Positions 24,397 through 37,591 are shown, counted from the stretch's first letter. The stretch is 64,000 nucleotides of DNA from Phoronis australis (GCA_002633005.1 NMRA01000226.1:351142-415141), one strand, 5' to 3'. Notes: generated from the letters alone by a model not told the origin. Program-made: numbers and translations.

Positions 24397-27300
24397 AGAT
24401 CAGCGAGTGACTCAAAAATGTTCAGCCAGTGACTCACTTCATTGCGGAGTCACTGCTACTATTCGTTTGTCCAGAAAGTTAGTTTTAATGACAATGTCCG
24501 ACAGGGGTTACAAGCCAGAAGGAGTACATGAACAGGCTTCAGAACTGGTCCCTTGTAAATTGTGGGATTTAAAGCCTTTTTCTCATTTTGATAAACTCCT
24601 AAATGTCGGAGAGTTAGAAGGTAAAACTTGGCATTAACATGTTTACTGTTACAGTACTAACAGTGTATGCTAGGCTGACTACCGAGGCTGGTGAAAACTT
24701 GAACAACCGGGTAAGGCCAAAAAAGCATAGTTAGTTCTGTCCTGAGTATAATTTGAAATTCGAGTCAGTCACTTTTTCAAGTAAGAAAATTCACTTGAGA
24801 CGAGCAAAAATGATATGGGATGTGTTCTTATTACTCAGCGCTCGGTATGGGGCTTCAAATCTTACCATTGCTCACGTGTCTGTGCAGCTGTTCAAAAAAT
24901 GTTGGACATCAGGGTCGGTGTTTTTAGTTTTTTTTTTTAGTTTTTTTAGTCTAGGAGTGCAGGCTCAAAATGAACAAGGTTAAAGAACAGAGCCAACTTT
25001 GCTTTTTTGGCCTACTTTGTAATAAACTGATCATCGTTTAATGAAATTCAATCAGTATTCACATGATTTACATGTAGATGTCAACTACGACTGACACAAA
25101 ATAACTGGCACGCACACTCATCGCGATGTCCGACGATCCACCAACCTCACTCAAGTTTAGGGTAGGTTGGTAATCCTTATCCCCATGGCTTACTCACCTA
25201 CCTATAGTCACCACCGGTCGGGCAGTTGGCGAAAACTTTCGAGTGAAAATATTATAGACAATACTGAACACCAAAGTCAAACAAGTCGGTTTTGACTTAC
25301 CCGTCAATAAACTTTGTCCTTTTTATCGTCTACTTTCTTTACTCTTACAATTAAGTTCAATTCAACTTTATTACTATAGTACTAACTTGGACACATGCGG
25401 TTAAATATCATCCGTTGACAGACACGTTTTTTGTCAGCCAAGGTCACAACCTTTTTGGTCAAGTGACCTCATAGTTTATATACTTAGGATAAAAACTTGA
25501 AAGGGAGGAAATTCACTGCAAACAGTTTGGCAGTATCTGTATCCAATCTATTATTCACGGTACACTTTCCATAAATATATTGTTTGATATATGCTTTATT
25601 TTATCAACTTCAAAAAGTAAATCGGTTGAGCCTTTCCATTGCAAGGCTTCGGAGCTCCACGGGCGATGTATTGCCTCCTAGAAGTCTATCACAAAAATGA
25701 GTAAATTCGCAATAGTAGGCCCTACGTAAACAAATAGAATGTTCAGAAATTCAAAATCTGTTACGTGCATCACACACAGTTAAACAAATTCCAAGGCGTG
25801 GCAAATTAATAATTATGTCGAAGCCGTTCCCTCTTGTGGTAAACGCCGATCACTAGCGCTGCAACTGGAAGCGGCCCATATGAACACATTGCCATTCGAT
25901 AAGTCAAGTGTTCCTTAAAAGGTTCCGCCTATATATAGCAGCGTGACCGCTGTTGGCACAGCTAACACAGAGACCATCTCCGAGGCAGTCACGGTTCGAC
26001 AGTTGTTGGCAGATTCAGCTTGGCCGAGACGGTAACTATTGTAATATCTATAGCTCCTGTTGAAACCCCTTCTAAGTGTTGATCTCATTTCGTGCGTGAA
26101 ATTGTTAAACCTTCTTCCCGGTTGTAAATCCTCAACCCGTATATTCATGAGAGCTTGGTGAATGAATGACCTTCTATGTATGTTATATCGAACGCCTGTG
26201 GAAATCGGTTCAATACCCGCGTTAAAAAGGTTACAGGGCCCTTTACCGATCACAACATTTCCACGTCACAATACCCTCCTTTGTCATGTGCCGTTTATTC
26301 TTTGTCTTATCAAAGGTCAATCCACTGTGACAACAAATGATATGTGCTGGCAATGTAGCCAAGTTCACGATCTAAAGCAATGGGGTCCATTTCAACCTCG
26401 CATTAAGTTATGCAGAGGTCAAATATCCGCATAACAAACCCATGTGCACTAGGCCATGTATATTAGCATTGTGCTCGGTAAAAGGCATGTTGTTGTGTGT
26501 GTATAGGGCAGTGAACACAAGCGATAGAGTGTGTTGACCTCTACGCCTGTATGTTCACAGTTAGGGCCCATTAAAAACTAAACACACGCTGTACGTTAAC
26601 CGAGTTCATATTGATCACAGTCATATGGAACTCATTCGCTGGTGAGCATGGCTGGTTGAGAGGCGATAGTTGTGAGCTGTAATTAAATAACTATTTGAAG
26701 ATTTTTTATCCACAGATCGCCAATTGGGTAAGTAACTCGGTGTTATAGAGTGGGTCTCGTCTCAACATGTTTTAACCGGGAAACCCAGGTCGCGCCTAGT
26801 AACTTCATCCGACAACCACATTTTGTCGGTCACCATTTCATTCGCCTGTGAAGGAGCTGGCTTAGATAGAGATGCCAGTAGAGGGACCATTTCCAATCTA
26901 TGTTTATTGGTCTTTGTGCTGGTTAGTGTGAACATTTTTAGCTTCAGTGCACATTGTCGGAGAGCAGGCCCACTGAAACCCATGGGGCCTCTTCGTGTAT
27001 TTGGGTCATTCGATCTCAGCTCAGACTCGGCTATTGTGGAAAAACATTTAAAGGGCAATAGGGCCTGTGCGGCTTTACAAACAGCTTTCTTGTCGACTGG
27101 GATATCATATTTTGTTCTTGGTGTTTTTTTATTGGCGGAACTGCTCAGATGAGTGTTTCTCGTCTCTCTCCTAAAATATGAACTACATGTATGCTCTGGA
27201 GGTCAATGCAGTCATTCGCAAAAGAATCATTGGGCTACTCGTGTGACCAGACAACGCAAACTGCGATTAAATGTGACGATTAAATCAGATTTCCACTGAT

Positions 27301-28683
27301 CTCACATATGGAGAGAACCTAGAAATTCGAGCGATTTGTTGAAACACCGATAGAGGTCTCCCTGTGAATTATTTACCCAGTTTAATGGAAAAATAATTTA
27401 AAAGTTAGTTAGTGTGGTACATTACCTGGGGTCCAAAATGTCTCCACGTCACCCTAAACTTGTATTTTTGTTAAAAATTCATACTTGATGCTTTTTGTTT
27501 TCGTTTGTGAAACATTACATCAAATTCGTGCTTTGATAAGTTTGTTTTTCAAGGCAACCCTACCGACTAGTGAAGCTCCATCTCAACCCCCCACTTATAC
27601 ACCCACGGCAATCATATACATAGTTCGCATTTCGAATGCTTTAATGAGCTGTAATCTACTGCCAACTTTGTGTCTTATATGAACACCGAGGAAAACACTA
27701 CGAAGCTTACAAAACTGATGACAGAGCCGAGATGCTGTAGTGAAAGCTCCTTTTCGAGTTTCGGACAGCCTTGGCCATAAAACGGGAAAAATCCAAATGC
27801 AGAAAAATGCGTAAATGTGCTCTTACACACATACGAATTTTCAATCGTGGACACCGTGTAGAGCAGGTTTTTCAATTCCAAAAAGCCCCAGAAAATATAA
27901 TTGCTTCGTCAATGGTGTAGTTACCGTTTTTCTGCCATGGTTGCGCTGTGTTTTACGCGAAGACGATGTCTTACCTGACCTTAGCAATCACGCTTGGCTC
28001 TTGTCATTCAGGGTGTGATAAACCCATACTTTCTGTGAAATACAACTCTTGAACTATGCCACTCAACCGATATGAAATCGATTTCATCTTGTTCTTTACT
28101 CGGGTAAGACATGATTTCTGTCCTTGAAAAGTACTGAAAAGTCCTTATTACCTTGTTAAGTTGTTTGCCACGGCGGGTTAGGTTTAGACGCCGAAGCAGT
28201 ATGACGTCATGGGAATTCTAGGCATTTAACTCCAACCAATTTCAATTCAAACCTAAAATAAGAACGCGATGGCGTTTCTCTGGAAGATAAAATTCGCCTG
28301 TGATGGTTAATGTGTTATAGACATCAGAATCATAGCCGCTTTAACTTCTGCAACTTTTGTCTGACACTTTTGTTTGAACACACTGTGAGAATTAATTACT
28401 TTTCGACACCTTTTTTCGTTTTGTACACCGAGGCCACGGGTGCAACTCCCTGGACGAACGTCAAATTGATACAGGAAGACACGGTGTTGGAAGACACGGT
28501 GTTGTTAACAATGCTTTTTCACCATCAGTGAAATGGGACTCAATGTCTGTGCAAAGTTGAACTGTAATATAATATCTATGGAATGGCTTAAGGTTGAATT
28601 TATCACGCGGCCCCATTTAAATGTAGCGTTGGTGAAATTTTATGACGTTTGGAGTGTTGGGTTAAGAGTGTCCGAGTGACCTG

Positions 28684-29070
28684 GGCCTGAGGTCTAATCT
28701 CCGAATTCAAACTACAAATTGTGTTTTGATATTCTCAGTTCCACTTTAGTGCAAACTCGAGCTAGGTGCCTGGGATTGTGTGTAAGATGTAGACTTCATT
28801 AAGATTTACGCAGATGGGTTTCTAGTCCAAATTCGCACTTGGTGACCCATAGATTAGTCGGAGCTAAAATTTCTAGTTCAAACTCAGATTTCGAGTTCAT
28901 ATTCGAACCTACTGTGGCGATCAAGTGAGAAGTATAATTAAAGATTCATTCTTGTGAACGATGAAGTACTCGGACATAGATTAACTGACACTTATCTTGA
29001 GTGCGTTCTAAAGTAGAACGGAAATGTCAAAATAGTTTTTATGTCGGCTTCTGAGATTAGACCCTGGGCC
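28684..29070. mobile_element. TIR MITE with CTG TSD (PIF/Harbinger-like)
   Basis: ggcctgaggtctaatctccgaa / ttctgagattagaccctgggcc, flanked by CTG. Confidence 0.65.
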
Positions 29071-29582
29071 CTGATTATACTAGGAGCTTGTTTTGTATGC
29101 TAGAGTCAGCAGGTCTGTTTCAGTGACGCATCGAAATCCAGCTGACACGACTTACTGTAAATGACGTTTTTAAGTTGACGAATGTGCCTGAAGCACGCCT
29201 TTGTACGTGCAGGGTAACCATTTTCGAGTTTAAAGTATTTTTTGTACTTGAACTGATTTTCGATCGGAGGCAACAAAAACTGATCCTGCCGCAATTAATT
29301 GTTTTCCGAATGCTCGAAGCATGGGGATTAGCCAAGATGTGCTATTTCAATACGTTGCTTAATACTGTAATTATGAGGTCAAAAACAAATTTGGTTCTGG
29401 TCTGTTTTTTTACAAAACTGAGATGTGGTGTTTTTAGTCGTTTATATTTCAGAAAAAATACCACCTGCTATCAGCTAAAACATGCGGTGAGTTGGGTGCT
29501 GTCTCGCGGATGGCTGTCCCGCGGATGGCTGTCCCACTGCCGATCGGGTGGGGCTCTTAACAATTTCTTCGCCTCCTTACTA

Positions 29583-29649
29583 CATGGGCGGTGCAGCACT
29601 GAAAAAGTGGGGCTATAGCCCCCCAGACCCCTATGGTGCGCCGCCCATG
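29583..29649. mobile_element. Mini-MITE family C, monomer (67 bp)
   Basis: catgggcggtgca...tgcgccgcccatg. Confidence 0.7.
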
Positions 29650-31264
29650 CACCAAAGAAAACCTTTCTACGCCACTGGTTCACAATCATTTACGGTAGTG
29701 ACTATCCTTACGATAATACGCTAACGAGATGCTACGTTGACTCAATTGAATGTATTTGTCAGTCAAATATATGCTGACGTTCTCTTTTTTCGCAGCGTCA
29801 AAATGAGTCGGGTGTAGACCAGAATCAAAATTGTTTCGTGGCCTAAAAGCAAGATCATTCGACGAATTCGGTGACTGGTCTGATCCACATAACGACTTGA
29901 GTGTACATTGTACATTTGGTTTGCACGTGCACCGCGGCTTAATGGAGTCCGTATACGAACTTCCAAATTTATTTCAATGCGTCAGGGAATAATCTAAATT
30001 CAATCGTTCGTGGGTTCCAGTTAAAACGTCGCGTGAAATTCGCGTTGCTAAGTTTGCACTCGTTTTTCGGCGATTTGGTATAATGGGTTTTTTCTGTTGA
30101 TACGTAATCCAATAGGCCGCTCCTTTTGTGAAGCTCCGTCAACGATACACGCCTCGAGGGGGCGTTACTAGACATTTCAACAGGCATTCACCACCAAATA
30201 TTTATATACAGACGGCTTAGATGTACGCGTCAAGCACGTACAGGTCCATTGAAGGAATTTGTTAGTTTAAGAGGTGATTCAAGCTCTTACCAAGAGCCCC
30301 ACCCTTACCACGGAACCTGAACTTCCGCCACATTCGTCCACTGTTACTACGGGGAATGAGATTAATAATACGGATATCTATTATTTAAAGGGAAATTGTC
30401 GTTTTTATTATCAAAAATCCGTTTTGGGAGTATTGTTAGATGGATAGACTTCTTGACGTTATTAGCTTTGACCAGCGCTATAAAACAAAAAAACGTCGCG
30501 TTTTTTGGGATTTTATTGCATGTCGCCAATCCTCGCCGTTGCCAGACATTCGCTGAAGTCAAGACCGATGTATTTACGCGTCAAACATCTCTGCTGTGTA
30601 GCGCGTGGAATTTGTTTCAGAGGCAGAGCGTTCGGCTGCTATTGCGGACCTACTGCTAATACTTGTAGAATTACTTTTCTCCCAGAGAATGTCGTTAAAT
30701 CCTAAGTTCTAATTAAGATCACTGATGTCAAAACTTTTTTTTCTTCCAGACTACTAGGCAGCGGCCTCAGGTGACCAGTTAACGCACTACATTAGTTGTC
30801 CGTGGTAAGAATTCCCAGTGTATGGTTGTAGTTCAGGTACCGTGGTGAGATTTTTTGTGTAGAAAGCATTTTCACTAAGCGTGGTGTTTTGTGGAGGTTG
30901 GTAAGGGTTTTTCTTTGTGGCAAGTGGCCTGCAGCTCGTGGTAAGTGTTTGAATCTGCTTGTGCCCGCAATGCGGACTGTCTCGTATCCTGAAAAGGTGA
31001 TGCGACATTTTTGTTACCAAGAGCACCTGGCAGAGACAAAAACATATTCATACACGCTTCGTTTCAGAAATTCTCAAGACTGCAATGTCCTTCACAGTTT
31101 AAACGCCCAACTCAGTCTCAGACTCTCAGTTTATACCGTTCTCTCATACCAAGAAAAATTGAGTTTGAAATGTTTAATTAATACATTTCATGATGTCTTG
31201 TGCAATAAATGAAAGACATTTAACATGGCCCTTGAATAGACAGTGATTAAAGCCTGTACATTCT

Positions 31265-31490
31265 CTCGCTGGTTCCCTGCGTGCCGCTAGGTGGGGCGGT
31301 AGTCGCGCCAGCACGCAGGTATCACTTAATTTTCCTCGGTAAAATTTGTTACACCGGCGTTTCTGATTGGCTGGTCGAATTGTCAACAGGCAGCGCTTTA
31401 CGCAAACAAACTGGCACGACAGATGGACTGAAGTGTAAATGTGGTCTGTTGTACATGTATATTCAGGAAATGTGAAGCTTAGAAATTGTG
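31265..31490. mobile_element. Truncated left part of a family M MITE
   Basis: Matches 60798-61040. Confidence 0.75.
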
Positions 31491-32537
31491 AAAAAATTCC
31501 CTCTCAGTAGGCACTGGCACCTTTCCCTCGGATGAACGAAGCTCCTGGAGAAACATGATAACTATGATTGCTTTGTCCCGTTAACTGAAATTTGAGTTCT
31601 AAAACGAGGTTATGCTTTGGACGAACGAATTGGGTGTTTTAATTTTAAAATTCAACTTGGTCCAGATTGATATTTGAAATCTAACACATGAAATAGACGT
31701 AAGAATTATTACAACCAAGAAAGCAGAATTGATGGTCAAATAATTTTTATTTTCAATTACGAGCCTGGTTTTTTATTTTAATAAAAAATAGATTTAATAA
31801 CATCAGTTATTCTTTCAGATCAATGACAAATCAACTGTTAGTCCCAGTGAGTGCATACCTCACCAGGATCAGGCTATGCTTGATGTTAATATTCTTGATC
31901 AACAAATTTAACCAGATGTGACTAAATGCACATGACAGCCACCACTGTCGAATATATCTCAGTTTAACTCGTCAACAATACGAGCACATGACCTGGTTCG
32001 TGTAGAAAGTATTTTGATCAACAATTTACAAGAAAAAACGTAACCCTGCATTCAGCATAGTACCTAGTCCGTAACACTACAGTCGCCGCAATTTGGTCAT
32101 ATTTACTTTTCATGTTTCGAACCTAATTTACCGAAAAAAATAAATCCTTTCGTCAGACAACTCTTTGGCGCCTTAACTTGTTCTCTAATGTAATTTTGTA
32201 CGTCTCTGTGGTTATTTGTCGACACATTATTAAAATTTAATATCCAGGTTGGACTCGAAAGACCGGCTATTTAATTCACGCAATGTCAACTTCCGCTTTG
32301 TTTATCGCAGTGAGCCTTGCTTTGGCTTTTAATGTCCGCCGCGTGAATAGGGTCTACACACGTTAGTTTTGGGGCCCGTTTCACTAAGGCTAGTCACTGG
32401 CTTGTGAAATCTATGAAACAGTCACGCACTTTTCACACATCGCGATATCTCGCGGACATATGTGTCATGTCGTCAAACTGGTGAGAAATTGGCTTTATTG
32501 AACTGACATCTAACGTTTCTATCGTTGTTGCAGGGCC

Positions 32538-33911
32538 ATGGAAAGTGACGTTGCGTCACCCAGCATGACGGTGTCGAATGATGCACACAGTGACACATCT
32601 GACGATGAGATGCAAGACCAAGGTCACTCCGACATCGAGGTTATCGCGGAAGAACCTGCGACGAACGGCAGCAGTCATAGCGTCAAAAAGAGAACACGGC
32701 GAGTTCACAGCAAGAATCTCGTATACTCGGTTGTGCAAATGATTAAAAAGAAAGAGATCACAATTCGACAAGCGTCGGATGAATTCGGCATACCTCGTAC
32801 CACGCTGTGCAACAAGGTGAATGGAAGACGACCGAACGATAAGCCGGGTAGAACGACCTTTCTAACCTCCTCCGAGGAAGAGCAAGTGGCCAGATGGTGT
32901 CTAGAGATGCAAGAAGCTGGCAAAAGCGTGACGAAGAACCAGCTTGTCGATCAAGTCAAATTCATTCTCGACTCCAACGGCCGGCACTCGCCTTTTCGAG
33001 AAAATCGGCCTGGCAGGAAATGGTACCGACTGTTCATGAAGCGTAATCCTCATTTACACTTAGGTTGCAGAAAAACTCTGATTAGAAAGCAAGCTGTTTG
33101 CGGTAGTCCAGCTTTTAATGAAGCATCTGAAACGAAGGCCTTTCCTGTGTCACCTTCGTCACAGGTTGAAACAACAGCATCCCCACGTGAATGTCCATAT
33201 GATTTAAGCAACTTACCTAAACTTCTCAGATCTTACAAAGCATATGACATATCCTCGGATGTAGGACGCATTTATACCATTGAAGAAATTTGTTTTCAGC
33301 TGGACAACAGTTCTGGCGCCATATTGGATTGTCGGCACTCAGCGCGACCCTCCTTGGCCAGGCAACAAATTACTGTCTTTGCTTGTTATTCAGCTGCCGG
33401 ACATTTTTGTTCTCCAATTTTGACATTTCCTGACTCGTGGTTCAGTTACGACCCTCTCGACGGTTTCCCCGAAGCATACCTCGGAACATCAGGCAATGGT
33501 TACTTGAACGGTGATCTATTTTACTGCTGGCTAAAGGAGAGGTTTATTCCAGAGGTGGACGCCCAGAGCGTTGCGAAACCAGTTCTGATACTCCTGTCTA
33601 AGTGCTCTCATCTGTTGAACGATGCTGTTCTTGAACTGTGCGAGGAATCGTCAATAATTTTGCATTGCGAAACGCAGCTCAGTCAAAGCTCGGATCCGCG
33701 CACTACCCACCCGTTTCTGGTGAACATCATAAAGCCAGTGTGGCGTACGGAGGTGGCTAAATATCTGAAGGACAATTGCGAGGAAAGTGTTACCAAGGAA
33801 GTCTTCGCCAGACTTCTGAAACCTGCATGGCAACAAGCCGCCACCGCCGGCGTCGCTTTTACGTCAGTGCTCCGTATGTTTTCAAATCTTTTGAACGGGT
33901 TCTTAAGTTAG
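32538..33911 (+). CDS. pogo/Tigger/CENP-B-family transposase-derived protein (psq-type HTH + CENP-B HTH + degenerate DDE_1 domain), likely domesticated
   Basis: Uninterrupted 457-aa ORF. HTH1 reads ITIRQASDEFGIPRTTL. The linker and HTH2 read GRTTFLTSSEEEQVARW...PGRKWYRLFMKRNP. The DDE_1-like region reads QITVFACYSAAG...SGNGYLNGDLFYCWL...F...KPVLILL. A branch point (tctaac) and acceptor (ttgcag, ending 32533) precede the ATG. Confidence 0.88.
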   Translation: MESDVASPSMTVSNDAHSDTSDDEMQDQGHSDIEVIAEEPATNGSSHSVKKRTRRVHSKNLVYSVVQMIKKKEITIRQASDEFGIPRTTLCNKVNGRRPNDKPGRTTFLTSSEEEQVARWCLEMQEAGKSVTKNQLVDQVKFILDSNGRHSPFRENRPGRKWYRLFMKRNPHLHLGCRKTLIRKQAVCGSPAFNEASETKAFPVSPSSQVETTASPRECPYDLSNLPKLLRSYKAYDISSDVGRIYTIEEICFQLDNSSGAILDCRHSARPSLARQQITVFACYSAAGHFCSPILTFPDSWFSYDPLDGFPEAYLGTSGNGYLNGDLFYCWLKERFIPEVDAQSVAKPVLILLSKCSHLLNDAVLELCEESSIILHCETQLSQSSDPRTTHPFLVNIIKPVWRTEVAKYLKDNCEESVTKEVFARLLKPAWQQAATAGVAFTSVLRMFSNLLNGFLS

Positions 33912-36510
33912 CTTCGTCATAGACAGCGAGTTCTATTGTTCCTCAACTAGATGCTTACATGTAGGTGGTTGCGTTGCATATTTTAACATTCACTGTACTG
34001 TTGATAACTAGGTGTTCTATAATCTATTGCTAACGCTTCCACAGTGTTGTGCTGGCACCTGGATTAACAGCCGAGTACGTTCAACAAAGTTTCTCTTGTC
34101 GTTTGGTGAGGTGACATATCGCTATGCCGTTACAAGTTTACGATATCATCGGGCTAACCTCTCGCGAATGGCTCGCTGTTGAATGTGCTTGGGTTCCCAG
34201 GTATGGCTGTGCCATTTACTTTAAGTTCATTTTCGTTACAATGTATACATTTAAGTCGCTTTGTGCCATGATCAGTTATTCTAAAGGAAGTGTATGCTGA
34301 AGTTTAGTAGTTCGTGCTTGGTTCATATCTGTTTCGTCAACTAAAAAATAGTAAATATGACCAACAGGTGTCGCGTTTATCGAAATATATATACATGTGT
34401 TTATTTGGGTAAACAGGTTTTCAGTCCTCATTACAGATTTAGCATAAAGGTATTTTGCATTAACATCATATAGATTTTTCTCAGTGTCTGGGCGTGTACA
34501 ATACATTTTGCAGCACATCTAATGTTCTCTGATTTTCTTATGCAGATTTCTATAAGCTGCATTTCGCATTGTTTGACTGGATAAAAAACGAAAATCGAAT
34601 TGGACACTTAACTCTCGTAAAACCGGTCTCGCAATTGTCTTTACCGTAATAGGATTCTCTTTCCGTTACCAGTGAAAACATTTAAACTTTCATCGGCCGG
34701 AGATTCGCTTCAGAGCTTATCGGGCTTACCCAATCCTTTTAAAGTTGCGGATTCGAATATGACGCATTGTCTGTGACTTTAGTTGAGTCGGTAAAAATTC
34801 AAGGTCGGATGAGCGTGCTAATGCTTTCAAACCCAACACCGCTTCGGTTAAAAATTCGACATTGTCAGCTAAGTAGGCGAAATGATGTCTTGTTGATATA
34901 TTACTCATAAGTCCACCTCGTGGTATAAGGGACACTCCAATAGAGAATGGTTCTCTTACTTCATTTCTCTCGTGCTACTCTATCGGGGCCTAGAACAGTT
35001 CTCACTGAGTTTTGCCTATCAAAACAAACACCACAAAGGACTTGTCACATTGACTTCATTGTATCGAAAACCGTATGCAAAGAATGGCATGCTTTGAGTC
35101 ATTTGACATCGAAAGCCCTACAGATGAGCGCAGAAACTTTATTGTGTCTTATATAAATGGCCTTTTCACTCTTACTCAAGCGCCAGGAAAAGAAGAAGAA
35201 AAAAAACACAAAATTGGCACTTTTTAGCCCAACACTACCACTATCCTGCCGAAGCACGACTTAAGGAAACATTATATTCTGAAACCAATTCCGGAAATTC
35301 CAAAAATGTGGTCCAAAAGTACTGTCAACCAACCGCGTGTGCGAGACAACTGAAACCATCCAATTTTCGTCGCATGCAACTTAGCTGTTGAAGATTTTAA
35401 ATACTTACAAAGTGGCATTTTATTCAATGATTAGTGCGCGAGAATACACTGAGTTAGGGTGTTTGCTTACCACGTCATTATTGGAGATTATAGTTCATGA
35501 ACTCGTATGAGAATCTCTCTTAACTTTTTAAGAGTCACCAGCCCATGAAAACAGTGCCTCGATTCCTTGCCTCATCATAATATTGTGCTCTGCAGACACA
35601 GTCATCTCGAAAGAAAGCAACAATTCGCAATATTAGGCGAGTGCATTTTACGAGTACGCTAGGGACCTTGTTGGCGTACTCTAGCAAAATGGCGACCATG
35701 AAACGAATGGTTGGTAACGTTTGAATGTTGAACTACGGGATAGAATTATCAGTTTCCGTTCCATAAGCGAAGATTTTGCATCGTAAGTGTTTCGCGAGTG
35801 TCTTGGGTCTACGAAAGGCCTCCCTGCTCAAAGCAGACGACAGTTGCAGCTGTACACCCGTCTGTTATTCGGCGAAAAATGTAATTCTAGTACTGGCGGA
35901 CTGATTATCATCGGAAATTTTGAAGAAAACAATTCAGCGCAGAAAGAAGAGCATGCGTAGAAATTTATGACTGTTTCACAGAAAGCGATCATCTCTAAAT
36001 ACAAAAATGTCTCCAAGACGTAACGGCTTGAGTCCGCCCAGAATGGAGTTCATGCTGTATGGGGGGACGCTTACGGTAGGTTTGCTCACGGTGATGATTT
36101 TTCCGACTTAAGGTATATCACTGAGCTACACATGCTTTGTGCCAGGCTTCCTTGACCATTTTAATCGTTCAAAATTTTCATGCCGTCTGTGATGGCCGCC
36201 TTGGTTAGATTTATTCGTACAGATGGCATTGTAAATGAATGCGCATTTTCACATTTTTGTTTTACCATTCTGTAGATTTTCAAAGCTGGGTTTCCAATGG
36301 CACATGCCTGTTACTATAATTAATGTTTTTTAAATAATTTATACTGTAATTAATTTTTAAGAGAGCGATGTATTTCCTGTCCATCGTGACCATAACGATA
36401 AAACAGTAACTATCCATATATCTTTTATAATACCTGTATAATGATGCTTGAGTTACCACAGCAGCAAAATTCGCCACTCACAAAAAGTAAGACCCTGCAA
36501 AAAAGTCCGG

Positions 36511-36590
36511 GGGGAGGCAGTGTGGCCAAGTGGAATAAGGGTCCGCTGCTTTAGTTAAAGTCGTGGGTTTGTATCCCACTGGAGCACAAT
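36511..36590 (+). repeat. Degenerate tRNA-derived SINE head
   Basis: A-box-like gtggccaagtgg and B-box-like gtgggtttgtatcccac hairpin. Confidence 0.4.
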
Positions 36591-36862
36591 GCTGGACCCC
36601 TAAATCAGTCTCTAGCTCATCAGTTCGGTTTTATCGAATTTATATATATGGATAAAGCATCATAATGGTTCCATGTGATTCGTGCAATGGGACATCCTGT
36701 GCGTCCTGTGCATGTCTGATACGAGTACCAGACGAGGTTCTAACAAAATGGAACTCTTCATTGTTTTTTGAATATTTATATCAAATGAAATTTGGTCAGG
36801 CTGTTCATAGCGTGGTTAATTGCTATGAATGTATCTAAAAAGTATCGTTGGTCAACTGAAAT

Positions 36863-37591
36863 GGGTGAACGATATGACCGTAAATTACGTGCGTAAGTTA
36901 ATTCTTGTTTGGGGCGAAAAGTAATTATTTGCGCCGTAAAGTAATTATTTGCGGCGTAAAGTAATTACTGTTATCGGCGTAAAGTAATTTTGCTTTTTGG
37001 CCAAAATAGTAGCAAGAGTCTAATCACAAGGGCACACGTGAAGATTGACACATCTATATCCAACGTTTCGGTTAATACAAACAAACCATCTTCAGGGAGA
37101 AGTAGTAGCCTACGACACCATCAAATCAAACACATCAATACACAGTACACATATAGCCACACTGCTCAGGATCACGTCGAAATGCATAATAAGAGAAAAA
37201 TCGCCTGGGAGCAGGACAATACCAATCACCACAGCTGGAGATTGTAAGTTAAAAATTAACTTACGTGCGTAAATTGTGCACGTAAATAATTACTTTACGC
37301 CTCTAACAATAATTAACTTAATTGAGGTGCGTAACGTTCAGTCACCCGACCCATTTGGCCACTACATACTCATTTGGCCAACGATGAATTTACGCCGCGA
37401 ATAATTACTTTATACCGCATATAATTACTTTACGTCGCAAATAATTACTTTGCGCCATTAAAAATTAATTTACACCGCAAATAGTTGTTTTGACCCGTAA
37501 AAGTTACGTTACGCCGCAAATATGACATAATTACTTAACCACACTAACAAGAATTAACTTGCGCATGTAATGTACGTGCGTAACGTTCACC
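36863..37591. mobile_element. Foldback-like element whose arms are built from ~20-bp subrepeats
   Basis: Termini gggtgaacg / cgttcaccc. The left arm has (cgtaaagtaattatttgcgc)n and the right arm has the inverse (aataattactttacg...)n. Confidence 0.7.

Larger units (their letters stand above)
23017..25196. repeat. Duplication 23017-23786 versus 24397-25196, with Ns at 22929 and 23787
   Basis: Near-identical ~0.8-kb blocks. The second is preceded by a MITE end that is absent from the first. Confidence 0.85.

Noticed and set aside
23027-24983. Duplicated small ORF pairs
   Set aside because: Non-ATG starts and length differences between copies; a by-product of the haplotype duplication.
26823-27152. 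109-aa hydrophobic plus-strand ORF
   Set aside because: Non-ATG start, no recognisable domain, and it overlaps an open minus-strand frame.
29175-29618. 147-aa ORF
   Set aside because: It runs into a MITE, has a non-ATG start and shows no domain signal.
36920-37520. CRISPR-like short repeats
   Set aside because: Eukaryotic context, repeats abut without unique spacers, and no cas genes.
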